Shown piece after piece: positions 25,410 to 39,400 of a stretch of 64,000 nt of DNA. Numbering within the stretch: position 1 is the first letter of the stretch; every line of letters starts with the position of its first letter. Source of the stretch: Azolla caroliniana (Eukaryota; Plantae; Polypodiophyta); the NCBI GenBank assembly GCA_043228905.1, contig JBHGNT010000007.1:4712001-4776000 (forward strand), in the 5' to 3' direction. The notes below the pieces were generated by a model. It was not told the origin of the DNA and did no database searches. It was given only the letters and a program-made list of their open reading frames with translations. Both the position numbers and the translations under genes were made by a program.

Positions 25410-26733
25410 ATGATAACAATATTATGGCGGGTGTAGAGTTTGATGATATTGTAGATGTGGAGATGTTGGTGAAGGAGATCCTCAAATGCTATATAATAGA
25501 AGTATATTTGTTTTTTGTTTTTAACAAAGAAAATTTTGTTAGTAGATCGGGTTTGCCTAGGATTAATATTATAGTGGATGGAAATAGAGTTGAAGATTTA
25601 TATGAAGGCCCAAGTTTTCTTTAAAAGGTTTGTTTTTTAGAACTGAAGAATGAAGAGACCGATTTTTATCTTACCTTATGTTTTCTTCAATAACAATTTG
25701 GTTGACGTTGTTCCTTGGAGTCCATTGGCAAGAGTGTCCAATTTATGTGGCTTGCTATATATAGCATGCAATGGAGGAATTAGGGAAAGTGATAGTGACC
25801 TCAAATGATAAAGTACGTAATGGATACAAGCTATGCATGTTTATTGCTCAATTGGTGTTTATATCTCACCCCCTCAAAGGGTGGTTTGGATATCATATAC
25901 AATCCTAGATAAGTTTATATATTGGAATCTCAAGCATGGCTATTTATTGCTTGATTAAAAGTGGCATAGGTAATAAAAATTCTTATGATTTTTTTGTGTG
26001 CCATTGCTATTATATACAAATATATTACTTGATCAATAGACTATGTAGTATGGAAGAAAGAGTCAAGTTCATATTGTTGCTCAATCATTCCACCTCTTAA
26101 ATGGTTGTAGATTATGTAGTATGGAACTCAACCTTAGAGGGAGATACTATGTTATTTCGTAGAAAAGGTTAGCACACACCATGTGAAAACGAGAATTATA
26201 GCTTCATGATGGCATGTTTTCCATAGTAATTGTTCATTTAAATGCTCTAAATCTATCCTAGTTCAACACTCATCGTTGTCCTAACAACAAAGTTTGAGAT
26301 TGGGAAAAGAAAGTCTCAAGTTTGAATTCAATTGCATGACAAAGCTTGGCTTGGTGATTTTGCAAAATGTTGCTTGAGTTATGTAAGCATAGAATGTCTT
26401 GGGTGGTGAGAATCAAGATTTGTATAACTCTTGGATATGACCACATTTGGTGATCCTTATTGGCATTGCCTATCCTTGATAAGAATTATTGGTTGAAGAT
26501 CATGGAAATTTTGGTTATATTATGCCAGACGTTAGTTATGACTTGATTAAAGATTGAGCTTAGTTAGGGTTGAAGGTTTTAGGTATGTGGCAAATTACCC
26601 AACACATAATGATGGAGTTACATTGGCACAAGCACTACATATTTTGTAACCCCTAATTCTAAATTTGGTTAAGGATACATTTAAAATAGATTTGTCATTT
26701 GGGGGTCATAAAGCATGGTAAAAGTTACAACAA

Positions 26734-26914
26734 ATGATGTGATTCCCATATTATTAGTAAGCAAATGGGTAGTAGAGCATATTAATGAAGGATGGGTCAA
26801 GGGGTCCAACATACATGACCACCCTCTATCACCAACTATTGGACCCCTTGACCCATCCTTCATTAATATGCTCTACTACCCATTTGCTTACTAATAATAT
26901 GGGAATCACATCAT
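26734..26914. repeat. Perfect 76-bp inverted repeat with a 29-nt spacer
   Basis: 26734-26809 is the exact reverse complement of 26839-26914. Confidence 0.95.
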
Positions 26915-27218
26915 GTATGTTATTTTTGTACCGTGGTACAGGAACAAAATCGCCAAGGTTTATTGTTTGTGTGTATGGAAATATCTATTTGACCATTTAT
27001 CTTAACGAGATGGGATTCTCTAACTAGGGTATTGTTGGGAACAAGTATCAATATCCCCTAATAGTCAAGGTGAGATTGAGTTGCCCGATCCACAATTTCA
27101 ATTTGTATTTGAGTTTCTCTAATATTGGGGATTATGGAATATGTAGATTACTTTTGTTTTTAAGGTCAATATGTTCAAAGGCACTTTCAAAGCTTTAAAA
27201 GCATATTAGTACGATAGT

Positions 27219-27372
27219 TCTCCTTCATGGTGATTTCTAGAAGGTTGACCCAAAATCAAGCAGGTGTACTATCTCCTTCATGGTGATTTCTAGAAGGTTG
27301 ACCCAAAATCAACCAGGTGTACTATCTACTTCATGGTGATTTCTAGAAGGTTGACCCAAAATCAACCAAGTG
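27219..27372. repeat. Three tandem units of about 54 bp
   Basis: 'cttcatggtgatttctagaaggttgacccaaaatcaa' x3. Confidence 0.9.
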
Positions 27373-27949
27373 TTTGTAGGCCTATAGTAATAAGATTGGG
27401 TTTGATCGCCACCCTTCTCTATTGTATGCATATACATTTAATGAATACAATTACTATTAACGAAGAGAGAGGGAGAGGAGAATCCAAAGTAGAGTGGCCC
27501 AAAATGTTCGTTTTTTACGAGGTTTATTTATTTTTACAATGTCATATTATGTCAATTGATGTTGCAACAATGCCAAAGTCCACATCTCACATGCTTATCC
27601 ATGCATTTGCAAGGGCATCAATTTGAATCTTATCAAATTATTATAAATATAATAATATCACAAGGTCAACACAATCCATTAGGGGAGACATGCAGGCATG
27701 TGTGAATTTGGATAAAGATAATAAAGAAAGAACAATGGAGAGAAAGATAAGTAGATTTCAATATCGTTCTTAGAGATAATCTATGGAACCAAAAGCAAAA
27801 CGTTTTCACATACTATGTGTGGAGTTAGGTAGTGAATCTTGATATTCAAAAACTTTATTGATGAACAATGTGACTAAGAGTGCACATTGTGATTAAGAGG
27901 GAAATGTGTGTAGGGATTGAGAATGTATCAAATTGAAAAGAATGTGAGC

Positions 27950-29250
27950 TAAGAGTTATATGGAAGCAATGCCACTAGATGTGAGACAAAGTTGGGATAA
28001 CCTCTACCATGTATTGGTAATGTGTGTTTCACCATTCAAAGAGAAAATGGTTTCATAGTTTGGTGCAACATATCTACAATAATGTGTGAAATGTGAGCCT
28101 TCGTATCTTTCCCAAGTTGTGATACACTCACATTGCAAACAAAGAAGCCTCCTATGCAAAGGAATTTATAGACCTATAATGAAATGCATACCATATTCCA
28201 AACTACTTCATCATACCTTACAGTCATTCAAAACCTAACATTTTGCTTTTATGTGTCTTTTGAATATTTTTACTTGATTCCCATGTGATTCTATGTTGAT
28301 GTGAGGGTATGTTTCTACTCCTAAGCATGTACTCAACAACCATTTTCCATTTTCATTGATCTCAAGGAGAAATGGGTTGGTCTTAAGTAAAGGACACAGA
28401 TAATGTGTAGCTTCACTCAAACAACTTCATAATAGTATGTTTTTTTATATTTTCAAATGCATTTCTAAGTGCACTTACAGATGTTATTAGCCCATACTAC
28501 AATCCCATAGAGGAGCACTTGTCTTACTTAAGTGTTAAAGAGATATTTCTTGAGAACTCAACATTTAAGCACCATTAATATGTTTTCAAATATGTACATC
28601 ATAATCCATTAGTGCTTTTAAGCCATTGGAGCACATTCATTCCTTCAACAATTGGAGGGAACCTCAAACCCAAGGTGTTTTAAGATTTCTAAGGTTTCAA
28701 GTGGTTCATTATTGTTCACAATTCATGGTTTATCTTTAATTTAAATGTTCCCAAATATAACCTTCATCCAGAAATTTTCCAACATAACCATAAAATGTTA
28801 AGCATGTCCTAAAATTATTAAAGAACCACAATGTATTTCTAGTGACAACTTCTTCAATGTCTTCTTGCTTCGTAATCCCAATAATCATTTGTTCAAAATT
28901 CAGCAATGCATAAAATAAACTAAAGAGATTTCATGAGAGTGGCCATCCTTCCTTAGTACACCTTCTTATAAATTCGAGGAATTGCATGCTCATATGTACT
29001 TGATACCCCGAGTTCTTCCATGCATCTCCATAGATGCTCACGAAGCACCATATCAATATCTTTCTTGAAGTCCACGAAACAACAATATAATAATTCACAT
29101 TTCAAACGGCTTTCCTCTATCAACACTTGTTACTTCCATTACACATCCAAAATTTGCCATTTGAGAACTGAACATGATAGTTTGGCAGTTGTTTAATGTA
29201 ATTGAACTAATTTGTGCTTCAGTTGTGAGACATATCATGTCGCATTGCAT
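27950..29250 (-). mobile_element. Highly decayed non-LTR retrotransposon RT (RTE-like)
   Basis: Minus-strand remnants TKEGWPLS (cf. KQGCPLS), NNEPLETLEILKHLG and RQVLLYGIVVW. Boundaries approximate. Confidence 0.5.
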
Positions 29251-29309
29251 GATTAAACTTATAACATTTGCCTAAGCATGTGATTTGACCGTCCAGTTGA
29301 AAATTTTAG

Positions 29310-32300
29310 AGCTTGATTGAAGACCTTTGTCTTACTACTTGGCAAGTTAGGTCAAGACAGTTTCCATTGAAAGACACAGGCCGCTCTTCCAAATCCTTCG
29401 TCAAAAGGTTGCATCTAATACGCCATAAGGAATCCATTAAATTCATCAAAACTGGTGATGGTTCATGGACTACAAATTGACTTGAACTAGGCAAGGAATG
29501 TGTAACTCACTTCTCTCATATCTTCGAGATACATTCTTGTCACTGGTTCAACCCATTATTTGTGTTGATAAAGATGCAGTTAAACATGCCAGAGATACAT
29601 TCTTGTCACTAGTTCAACCCACTATTTGTGTTGATAAAGTTATTGCTTTGAATGCAGCATTCACAATGGAGGAGTTTTTGAGGCTCGAAAGGGTCTCGTG
29701 AAAGGCATACCGCCTAGTTGGGATGGTATTACGTTAGAGTTCATTGCAAAATTTTGGGATGTCCTTAGGGATTTAATCTTATATATCGCAAATAATGCTT
29801 GGCAACAATGGGATATGCCTATCTCGTGGAAAGACGGTTTGGTCAAATTAATACCCAAAAAGAAATTGTGTCAGTCAAACTAGGATTTAGCCCGAAAATG
29901 TCTCAAGTAATCTATTGGTTTTTATGGGTCTAGCACATCTTCATGCATTATCGATGGTGAATTGATCGATTCATGGAGCTTAGCCAAATCAGTATGACAA
30001 GGTTGTCCTGTAAGTGCATTGTTTTATGCAATTGCAACTCATCCACCACTATTGTACATGGATCATCTAGTATCAATTGGTCAACGTCACGGTTTGCAAA
30101 TGAAAGACGGACATGATTTCGTGGCTCGGGCATATGTAGATGATACATCATTCATGTCACAAAACAATCCAAATGATATGAGAATGATTATGGATGCCCT
30201 CAAATTTGTATGGATTTGTTGTTGGACTACATGTTAAGTTCAACAAGTCCAAACTCCTACCCTTGACACCATATAGTTGGCTATCCATTGGGATGGAATG
30301 GAATAGGGAAAAGAAAGGTTGAATGGGTTTTGCAAAAAGTGAGACAAAAGTTAAGCTATTGGAAGATTGCAACATGGCCGCTCTATGTCCGATTGAGGAT
30401 AGTGCAATCTATATTCATGGCTTACATGTAGTATTACTTAATTATGATCGATTGGCCGAGACACATGATACAAAAGATTAACTCAGAATTCATAAGAAAA
30501 TTTTGGTGCTCTAAGCAGTCGCGTAAATGTGTACGAATCATACAATTAGAGAAGATATGCACTCCACGATTCTGTGGAGAACTAAATATTCTTAATTTGC
30601 AATTGCATATGTTGGCTAGAAAAACTACTTTACTGTCAAAATTTGCTAAAAAAACATTGCCTTGGGCATGAAATGTGTGAATTTTAACGTGCGGAAGCGT
30701 TAGATAGAACTGGCTTAGCCAGATAGCAACAAAGAATAAGATGAAGGTTTAATGGAGAAGCTTAATACACATAGAGTATACGCAGGAAGAGACAAAGAGA
30801 GCATAACGTAAACGTAGATTCAAAATAATAAAAACACTCTGTACATAGAATGTGCTCAGAGAGCGCTTTTATACAAGTCCATAAAGGACTGACAGAAGTA
30901 CTGAAAGGTATTTCAATATTCCTACGTGCGACTGACACTAACTACAAGACAATGATTACATAGTAGTTTAGGCTACTACTAGGCTTCCGGTTCCCGCTCG
31001 AATCCGGCTCTCTGATCCGGCCGGTTGTTTCCGGATACCGATCCGGTTGAGCTTGCTCGCTCAACACTCCCCCTCAAGCTCAACTTGAGGTCGCATCGTG
31101 GTGTTAGTGTCCGTGGCAACCGGTTCTTCTACCCATCTCCTTCTGGCGTTGCTCTACCTTGCTCGCGCTCCTCGTCTGGTCCGGTCCTGTTTGCTGCACC
31201 TCTACCTCCTCTGTCGGCTTATCTGCTCCATAGGCCCATTTCAACTCCCTCGGTGCTGCGACCCTGATGCTTGTCGACCCGTCAGTTCCTTCGTGTTGGT
31301 GTCGACTTCCGTTGCGTCCGTGTCTGCTTGGCCTTTAGTCGATCTGGCTCCTTCGAATCCAACTGTTGAAGCGAATTGGTTATCTCCGATTCATTCCCGC
31401 TCTTGTCTAAGTCCGTGTTCTCCAACTCGTCTTCCGGTTTCAGGACCTTCACCATGTCAGACCATGTCTAGGTCTTGGCCTTCTCCTTCCGGTTGGCTCT
31501 GTCCTTCTTGACTTTGCCGCCGCTACCGCTCATTCTAACTTGTTCGGATGTGCCGACTTCCTACTCGACCCCCTTTTTCCTCTAGTCTCCCCCTTTGTTG
31601 GTTCTTTCTTCCTCTCCGGCTCCTTGTCTGGTGTCGTGCGATCCCTTTCCTGTTCTCCCCCTCAAGTGCGGCATATCGAGACGATGAATGTCGAGCATCT
31701 CCGAGAAGTGCTGCAACTTGTCCGATCCGAGCGGTTTGGTGAAGATGTCGGCAACCTGCCGATCCATCTGAACATACCAAAGTTCGACTTCACCACTCAG
31801 GACCCGCTCATGCATAAAGTGATAATGCACTTCTATGTGCTTTGTTCGAGCATGGAATACGGGGTTCTTGGCGAGTTGTATGTTGTTCATGTTGTCACAA
31901 TGGATCAAGATCGGGGTCGGGACCTTGATCTGGAGATCTCGCAACAATTGCCGAAGCCAGATAGCTTCACAGGTGGCATTGGTAGCGCCCCGATATTCAG
32001 CCTCAGTGCTCCACAGAGCCACTATTGGCTGATCCACGCAACAGCTGCGCTACCAAGAGAAAACATGTAACCGGAGGTGAATCGGCGATCCGATGCATCA
32101 CCAACACAGTCGGCATCGGTGTATCCAACTAGCTCTTCAGTTATACCATGCCGGTATAATAGTCCCCAGTCCTTCGTGCCGCTCACATACCAGAGTATCC
32201 GGTGTGCACATTGAAGGTGCTCGATGGTCGGCTTCTGCATGAACTAGTGATCACTCCAACCGGGTAACTGCTGTCGGGTCGAGTGATTGTCATGTATATG

Positions 32301-35300
32301 AGGCTTCCGACAATTTGTCAGAAACGTCTCTCATCGCAAGTCGGTCCGAAGTTGGGACGAAGCTTCTGGTTCCAGTCCAAGGGTGTGGAGACAGGTCGGC
32401 ATTCCGTCATGCCGAACTTGTATAGCATATTCAACACATAGTGTCTTTGTGAGAGCAATATGCCATCGGGGGTTCAGATCACCTCAATCCCAAGAAAATA
32501 ATGAAGGTCCCCCAGGTGCTTCATCTCAAATGTGTCCGACAATGGGGCCTTGACACGACCGATTTCATGGAGTCTGGATCCGGTGATGACTAAATCATCT
32601 ACATAAAGTAAGATGCAAACCGAACCGTCCAGACCTTGTCGGGTGAACAACGATGAGTCCGGAATTGGGACGAAGCTTCTGGTTCCGGTCCAGGGGTGTG
32701 GAGATAGGTCGGCATTCCTTCATGCCGAACTTGTACAACATATTCAACACAGAGTGTCTTTGTGAGAGCAATATGCCATCGAGGGTTCGGATCACCTCAA
32801 TCCCAAGAAAATAATGAAGGTCCCCCCCAGGTCCTTCATCTCAAATGTGTCTGACAATGGGGCCTTGACACGGCCGATTTCATGGAGTCCGGGTCCGGTG
32901 ATGACTAAATCATCTACATAAAGTAAGATGCAAACCGGATCTTCCGAACCTTGCTAGGTGAACAACGATGAGTCGGATTTAGAGGTCACAAGCCCCATCT
33001 TACGCAACTGGTGCGTGATCTTCGCATTCCAAGCTCATGGGGCTTCTTTCAGACCATAAAGCGACTTCTTAAGTCGGCACACCGCTGACTTGTTCATCTC
33101 AAACTGGAAACCGAGAGGTTGGATCATATAGACCTGTTCTTCAAGGTCACCTTGAAGAAACACATTCTTCACGTCCATTTAGTGAAGATGCCACCCCCTT
33201 GTCGCAACATTCGCTAGTACCACGTGAACCGTCGTCATCTTCGCTACTGGAGCGAAGGTCTCATCGTAGTCGATTGCGTGGGTCTATGCATATCCCTTCG
33301 CCACTAACCGGGCCTTGTATCGGTTAACCGAACCATCGGCATTGTACTTTACCTTGTACACCCATTTGCAACTGATTGGTTTACAATGTCGGGGAGGGTC
33401 AACGAGGTCCCATGTGTCGTTGGCATGAAGGGCCCGCATTTCTTCTTCCATAGCGGCATGCCAATTTGCGTCCTTTGCCGCTTCTGCGTAGCTCTCCGGC
33501 TCACACACTTCCGCCACTTTGGTCATGTATGCATAGTGATGCACCATGTACTCATTGTACCCGTACAACGTAACGGGGTTCTTCTAGCAGGAAGACCGGC
33601 GTAATTTGTCATCACCCGGTGTGGGGTCCTTCTTGGCCGGTTCAGACTTCATTCCCCAAGATCCGCCTTCATCCTTTCCGGAGTCGGATTCTCTCCAATC
33701 CAACTCAACGTTGCCGATTTTGTATTCCGACATTTTCCGCTTCCCTTTCTCTTTGCGCGTGAACCGTTTTCTCGATTCCGTGTGTGGGGAGAGCACGGCA
33801 AAGTCTCTACTACTCGTCGGTTCCTCATCCGATTGGTCACTTTGACCCAGTCGCTCGTTCGGTCCGCTCAACCGAAACGATTCCGGACTCTCTTCTAAAG
33901 TCTGCAGCTCGTCATCTTCTATTTGGACTGGTTCATGCTCACTAGTCTCATAATCTGGGATTGGGTCGGAGTCGAAAGTCAGAGTCGATAGAAGTACCAC
34001 GATGCCGTCTCGTCGAACTCAACATCTCGGTTTACTCGGACCTGCTTCGTCCGAGGGTTATAACACTTATACCCCTTCTGCTCATGTGAGCAACCGACTA
34101 GGATGCATTTCTCCGACTTCGGATATAGCTTCTGCTGCTTCTCATTTGGTACATGCACATATGCTATGCTGCTGAATATCCGAAGGTGTCTCAAATTCGG
34201 CTTGCGCCCAAAATACAACTCATGTGCTAACACTATGTCTCTGATTCGGTTTTGGATGTAGACGGTCATCCGGACCGCCTCAGACCAATAGAATTGGGGC
34301 ATGCTCTTCTCCTCCAACATTGCCCTTGTCGCGTCGACAATCAACTGGTTCTTTCGCTCAGCCACATCGTTTTGTTCCGATGTGTACCGGCTGCTGAATT
34401 CTGTTCGAATTCCGTTCTGTTGTAGATGACTGTTGAATTGGCCGAAAAAGTATTCTTTTCCGCCATCCGACCGTAGGCACTTTATCTTACTCTTTGTTTC
34501 CCTTTCTACTAAACTTTGAAGGTTCCAGAAATAGTCGAAGACTTCACTTTTCTTCTCGATGAGGTAGATCCACGTGTGCCATCTATAGTTGTTGATGAAG
34601 GAGACGAAATACCGACTCCCGCCAAGACTAACGTTTTGTGCCGGTCCCCATACATCTGAATGTATTAGATCAAGCTTGTTATGGCTCCGGTTTCGTTCGG
34701 TGGGGAATGGAAGCCAGTGTTGCTTCCCGAGTTGGCAGGCTTCACAAACTTGGGCCTTCCGGCCACTAAATTTCGGCAAACCAAACACAACCTGTTTCGA
34801 TTGCAAGTCATGAAGCCTCTGGTAATTGACGTGGCCAATCTGCTTGTGCCAGAGATCAATGTCCGATTCAATCTTCTGTCCTTTGGCAAACATAGCGGTG
34901 CCGACGTCATTAGTGTTGAGGATGAACATCCTCCCTTCTCCGTGCCCTTGCGCAATTATCCGGCCTTCTTCCTCGGTGAAGCACCCGAGGTGCATAAACC
35001 GTACATGCATCCCTTGGTTGACGATTTGTCTAACTGACACCATGTTCATTGTGATACTCAGAATGTGTAGTACGTTCATTAGCTTCCCCTTTTGTCCGAC
35101 ATGGCTTAAAGGGACTTCTACGACATGCATAATCAGGTGAGGGGTGTCATCTCCGGTTTCGACAATCCCCGGTTGTTCTAGCTTCTCCAAAAAAGAGAAC
35201 CACTCTTCATGGCTTGTCATGTGGTTGGACGCTCCGGAATCAATATACCATACTTCCTCCGATTTGGAAGTAGTATTCTTCATTGAGTTAGCCTTGTGCT

Positions 35301-37988
35301 TCATCACAAAGGTCGCCCCTTTACGGTTCTTCCTGGTTCCGGATCCTTCTTATCCTTCCGCGTAGTGTGAGCTTTGTCGGTTTTCCCGACTAGCTTTGCC
35401 GGATCCGGATTTGTCCAAATCGGCGCACTTCTTCCAGCACTCGCTTTCCCTATGGCCTTTCTTGCCACAATACCAGCATTCCGTGTCGGCCTTTCCTTGC
35501 CGGTTCCCGGTGCCACTTTGACTCCCCTGCTTGTGGAGGGTCCAGAACTGTTGTTGGCATTGTCTCTATGCCTTCAGTCCTGATCTTGCCGGCCGCCTCC
35601 ATTGCGTGCCGACCCACCTCGTCCTCCACGTCCACATGGCCGATTCGACTCCGTGTATAGCATCCGGTTGTCTGATTAAGTGGTCCTCAACCCACTTGTG
35701 TGGTTTTCTTCGACCATCAACATTGATTGTAAGTCGAAGAAGGACTGTGGCTTCTCCCGGGTGCGGATCGTCGTCCGGATTGGCCCGTACCGTTGTGCTA
35801 GACCACCGAGGCAAACTTGGACCATCTCATCTTCGTCCACCGTCACGTTGATGGATCTGAGTGCGTCACAAATCTCCTTTATTTTGGTGGTGTAGTTCGT
35901 AACCGACATGTCTCTTTGTCGGATGTTGTTCAGCTCTTGTTGGAGCTGCAACTTACGGGTTGTGGTACTCGCGACAAAAATCTTTCTCAAATTTCCCCAG
36001 GCCTCCTTCGGCATTTTTGCATCCTTTATGTAGACGAGCATCTGGTCGTGCACATAGGACGCGAGGCAGTACAATACGTAGCTCACTCCTTGCTCCCAAA
36101 CCGAGAAGTCATTATGTGTCGGCTCTGGCGCTACCTCGTTCATTCCTTCCACAAAGCTCCAATATCCATGCCCTAACAGGTACTGGTGCATTTTATATGA
36201 CCATGACACGTAGTTGCTCCGGTCAAGCTTCTCTGTGGGAAGTGACCTCGCCATACCTCTGTCCATATCTTTCTCTATCTGTTCTTACCGGGTATTAGGG
36301 TTTTTCTTCGAAAGCGTATGTCGGCTGTAGAGGTTCTCAACCCTCGCGCTCTAATACCATGTGAATGTTAAGGTGCAGAAGCGTTAGATAGAACCGACTC
36401 AGCCGGATAGCAATAGAGAATAAGATGAAGGTTTAATGGAGAAGCTTAATACAAAGAGAGTATATGCGGGAGAGACAGAGAGAGCAGAACGTAAACGTAG
36501 ATTCAAAATAATAAAAACACTCTGTACATAGAATGTGCTCAGAGAGCGCTTTTATACAAGTCCATAAAGGACTGACATAAGTACTGACTGGTACTTCAAT
36601 ATTCCTACGTGCAATTGACACTAACTACAAGACAATGATTACCTAGTAGTCTAGGCTACTACTAGGCTTCCGGTTCCCGCTCGAATCCGGCTCTCCGATC
36701 TGTCTCCCCAATCCGGCTAGTTGTTTCCGGATGTCGATCCGGCTTAGGCTTATTCAGCCAATCTGGATCCGGTTGAGGTTGCTCGCTCAACAAAAGTTAT
36801 CTGATATGTTATATAATTTGAAAACCAAGTTATTTGGCTCAAGGGATACTAACCATTGGGATGTAGTGTTTGGAAAGCTTGACGAGCACATCAAAGGTTG
36901 TCCATTTAGCTCAAAGCTTCTAAAGCATTGGACGACGTTTTGCCTCGAAAGGTAGGAATTCAGAATCAAGGAACACTTTATGCCTCGAAAGCTTACATTA
37001 GAGAGCTATATTCCCACAGTCACTAGCTGAACAAGAGCCTAGGAAAGCTTACTTTTTAGCAAAGAAGGGGCTGAAATCAATTGGAGATGTGGTAAATGAC
37101 CAAAGTCACCTATTATGCTTCAATGACATTGCATATCGTTATAGTCTTGGGCCACATCATCACGTTATCTGGAATCAAGTCACAAAGTTGGTACTTAGTA
37201 ATTATGCCACCTCTAGATGGAGATCACATGATTCAGGACTAGATGTTACAAAAATAGAACATTATTATTCCAATGAATAACATTACAACACATTCAATAT
37301 ATATGTTGTTGCAACCTGCCCCATGGTTTCACAAACATGCAAATGCATTATGGAACCTGCACAAAACACATTCATGGTAGAAAAACAAGCTTACAAGCTT
37401 ATGGAGATTTGGTCTTCCACTTAAGCAACAGGTATTCCTATGGAGATGCCTATTGGGTGTGCTCCCAACTGGGTTGAATCTTCCAAAGCGATCGATAGCC
37501 TCGTCACATTGTGCAAGATGTGGTGGACGATTGGAAACATTCCCACACTTATTATGGACTTGCTCATTCACTAAAACATTTGTACAAAGACTAAGTGCAT
37601 CTCTTTATCACAGATTTCCTGGCCGAAGGTTTGGGAAACACTTTTGGCTATTTGGACAAATTTCCTCCACCCTATCCAACAATGTTTATTTTCTCCAATG
37701 GACACGATTTTGGGCACCTTGGACCATTTGGATGGCTCGCAATAATAAGGTCTTTGATCGAAACCAACTGCATGAAGTTAGCTTCTTTAAGCAATCCCTC
37801 ATGTAATCTCTATTTGATTGTCTGCAACTTAGAGACATCGCGCTGCAAATTTACAATCTTTACTTTGAGTGCTTCTAAGCTTTTTAGTGTCTAATCAACA
37901 CTTGTATATTTCTCTTTATTTTTTGTGGGTTTTCACCTCACTTTGAGGTTTCCCACTAGTAATAAAAGTGTTACTAAAATAAAAAAAC
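29310..37988 (+). mobile_element. Decayed L1-like LINE ORF2 (29310-30675 plus 36793-37988) split by a copia insertion
   Basis: PSWDGITLEF...WKDGLVKLIPKK; AYVDDT; EKICTPRFCGELNILNL. After the copia: LPTG...CARCGGRLETFPHLLWTC and WTIWMARNNKVF, then AATAAA and an A-rich tail near 37961-37988. Confidence 0.85.
30676..36792 (-). mobile_element. Full-length decayed Ty1/copia, family A. 5' LTR 36360-36792, PBS 36346-36359, gag-PR-INT-RT-RH, PPT 31067-31078, 3' LTR 30676-31066
   Basis: Paired LTRs TGTGAA...[53 protein letters not shown] in copia order. Flanks are AAATG/AAAGT (imperfect TSD). Internal duplication of about 312 bp at 32348/32661. Confidence 0.95.
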
Positions 37989-38299
37989 TTGTCAATATCT
38001 TAATCCCTATGCATATATCTCAATAGTAAAGCAATAAAGCATGTATGAAAGCCAACCAACCATACACATCAATTTCCCCCCATTTGATTGCTTGTATAAG
38101 TTATTACCATGCGTGCAAAAATCTAGAAGACTTAAGTTACCGCAACTCTTGACATGTTTCCCCTAAAGGTCTCTCCAAAATTTAACACATGCATGTGCTT
38201 GCCCTTGGTTGTGGAGAATTTTTTGATTAACTTCCCATATTCTCTTTCTTTGAATAAGTCTTTTCTATGCATGCATATACTTTTTAATGGTTTTCTTTA

Positions 38300-39400
38300 T
38301 GTTTGACTATCTTTAAAGTCATACAATACTTTAAAGCTTCATCGTCTTCCTTATAAAACCATGTTTTCCTTGAGCTACTTATATCTATTATCAACTACTT
38401 TGAAACACATATACATCAAAAAACGTTCCTTTGAGCATGAGAAAATCACTTTCTTGAAAGGTTCCCATTCATGTTCTAGAGTTGCGCCATTTTGGAAATT
38501 GATCTTTCACACAATAACATATCCTAAATCATTATTGTGTACTAGGTCCTCTTTTAAAGTCTATGCACAAATATCTGTTGTCTTGAATTAGGTTGAACTT
38601 CATAAACTCAAATCCTTCCATACATTTAAGATCAATACATGTCGCCCTATGATCTTATTATGGAGTCCATTAACATCGTGAAAATCTATGTAAGAAATTC
38701 AACATACCTTCCAAGAATAACATATAACAAATTCAAATGTCTTTGTCATGTTTTCTATATGTGAAATAATTGAGATCATTCCATAAAGATGCTTGATTTG
38801 TGAGAAGCATTCTAGTACTACTACAAATTTATCGAAGTAGCTTTCATATTGACCTAAGTCTTTTCCATCCAAATAAGAGCAACCATACATGTGTTGGGAT
38901 ATGTGATGTAAAATATTGTTGTGCACGATGTTTGCAAAATTCTTGTAAAGGCATAGATGTCGCCAAAGACAATAACCTCTCCCTTGGCTTTGAGGTAAGC
39001 AATATCATCTTCTAGGTTAACAAAAGGTTTTCTCTATCTAAACAAGAATAAAGTTAGCATCATGAGAAGGAATGTAGGATCCAACTACAAAATAGTGAAT
39101 GGTATCTAATGCCATTATTTTCAACCATATATGGCATTCATGCGTATTACCTTTAACAATAGAGATGCAATATTGTAGTCCTCTCTTAATAAAAAATGTT
39201 GATTTTCCTTGCCCTCTTAGTTGACTTGAAGAATTTGTCCCATATCAAGGAGTGCACATAATATTTGCCCAAACATTCAATCCCTTCAGCATCTTGCTCC
39301 CAAGTTTCAATGAGTATGATATTGACGTCGTTGACTAGCTTATCAATGCCAATGTCCATGTACATATATATCCATCGTACCCAAAAACATAGTTGTAGAG
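38300..39400 (-). mobile_element. Possible highly decayed LINE RT
   Basis: Only weak motif remnants (LDGKDLGQYESYFD, in place of the FADD region). Boundaries uncertain. Confidence 0.3.

Noticed and set aside
27219-27372. CRISPR-like periodic repeat
   Set aside because: The units are contiguous near-identical 54-mers with no unique spacers, there are no cas genes, and the context is eukaryotic.
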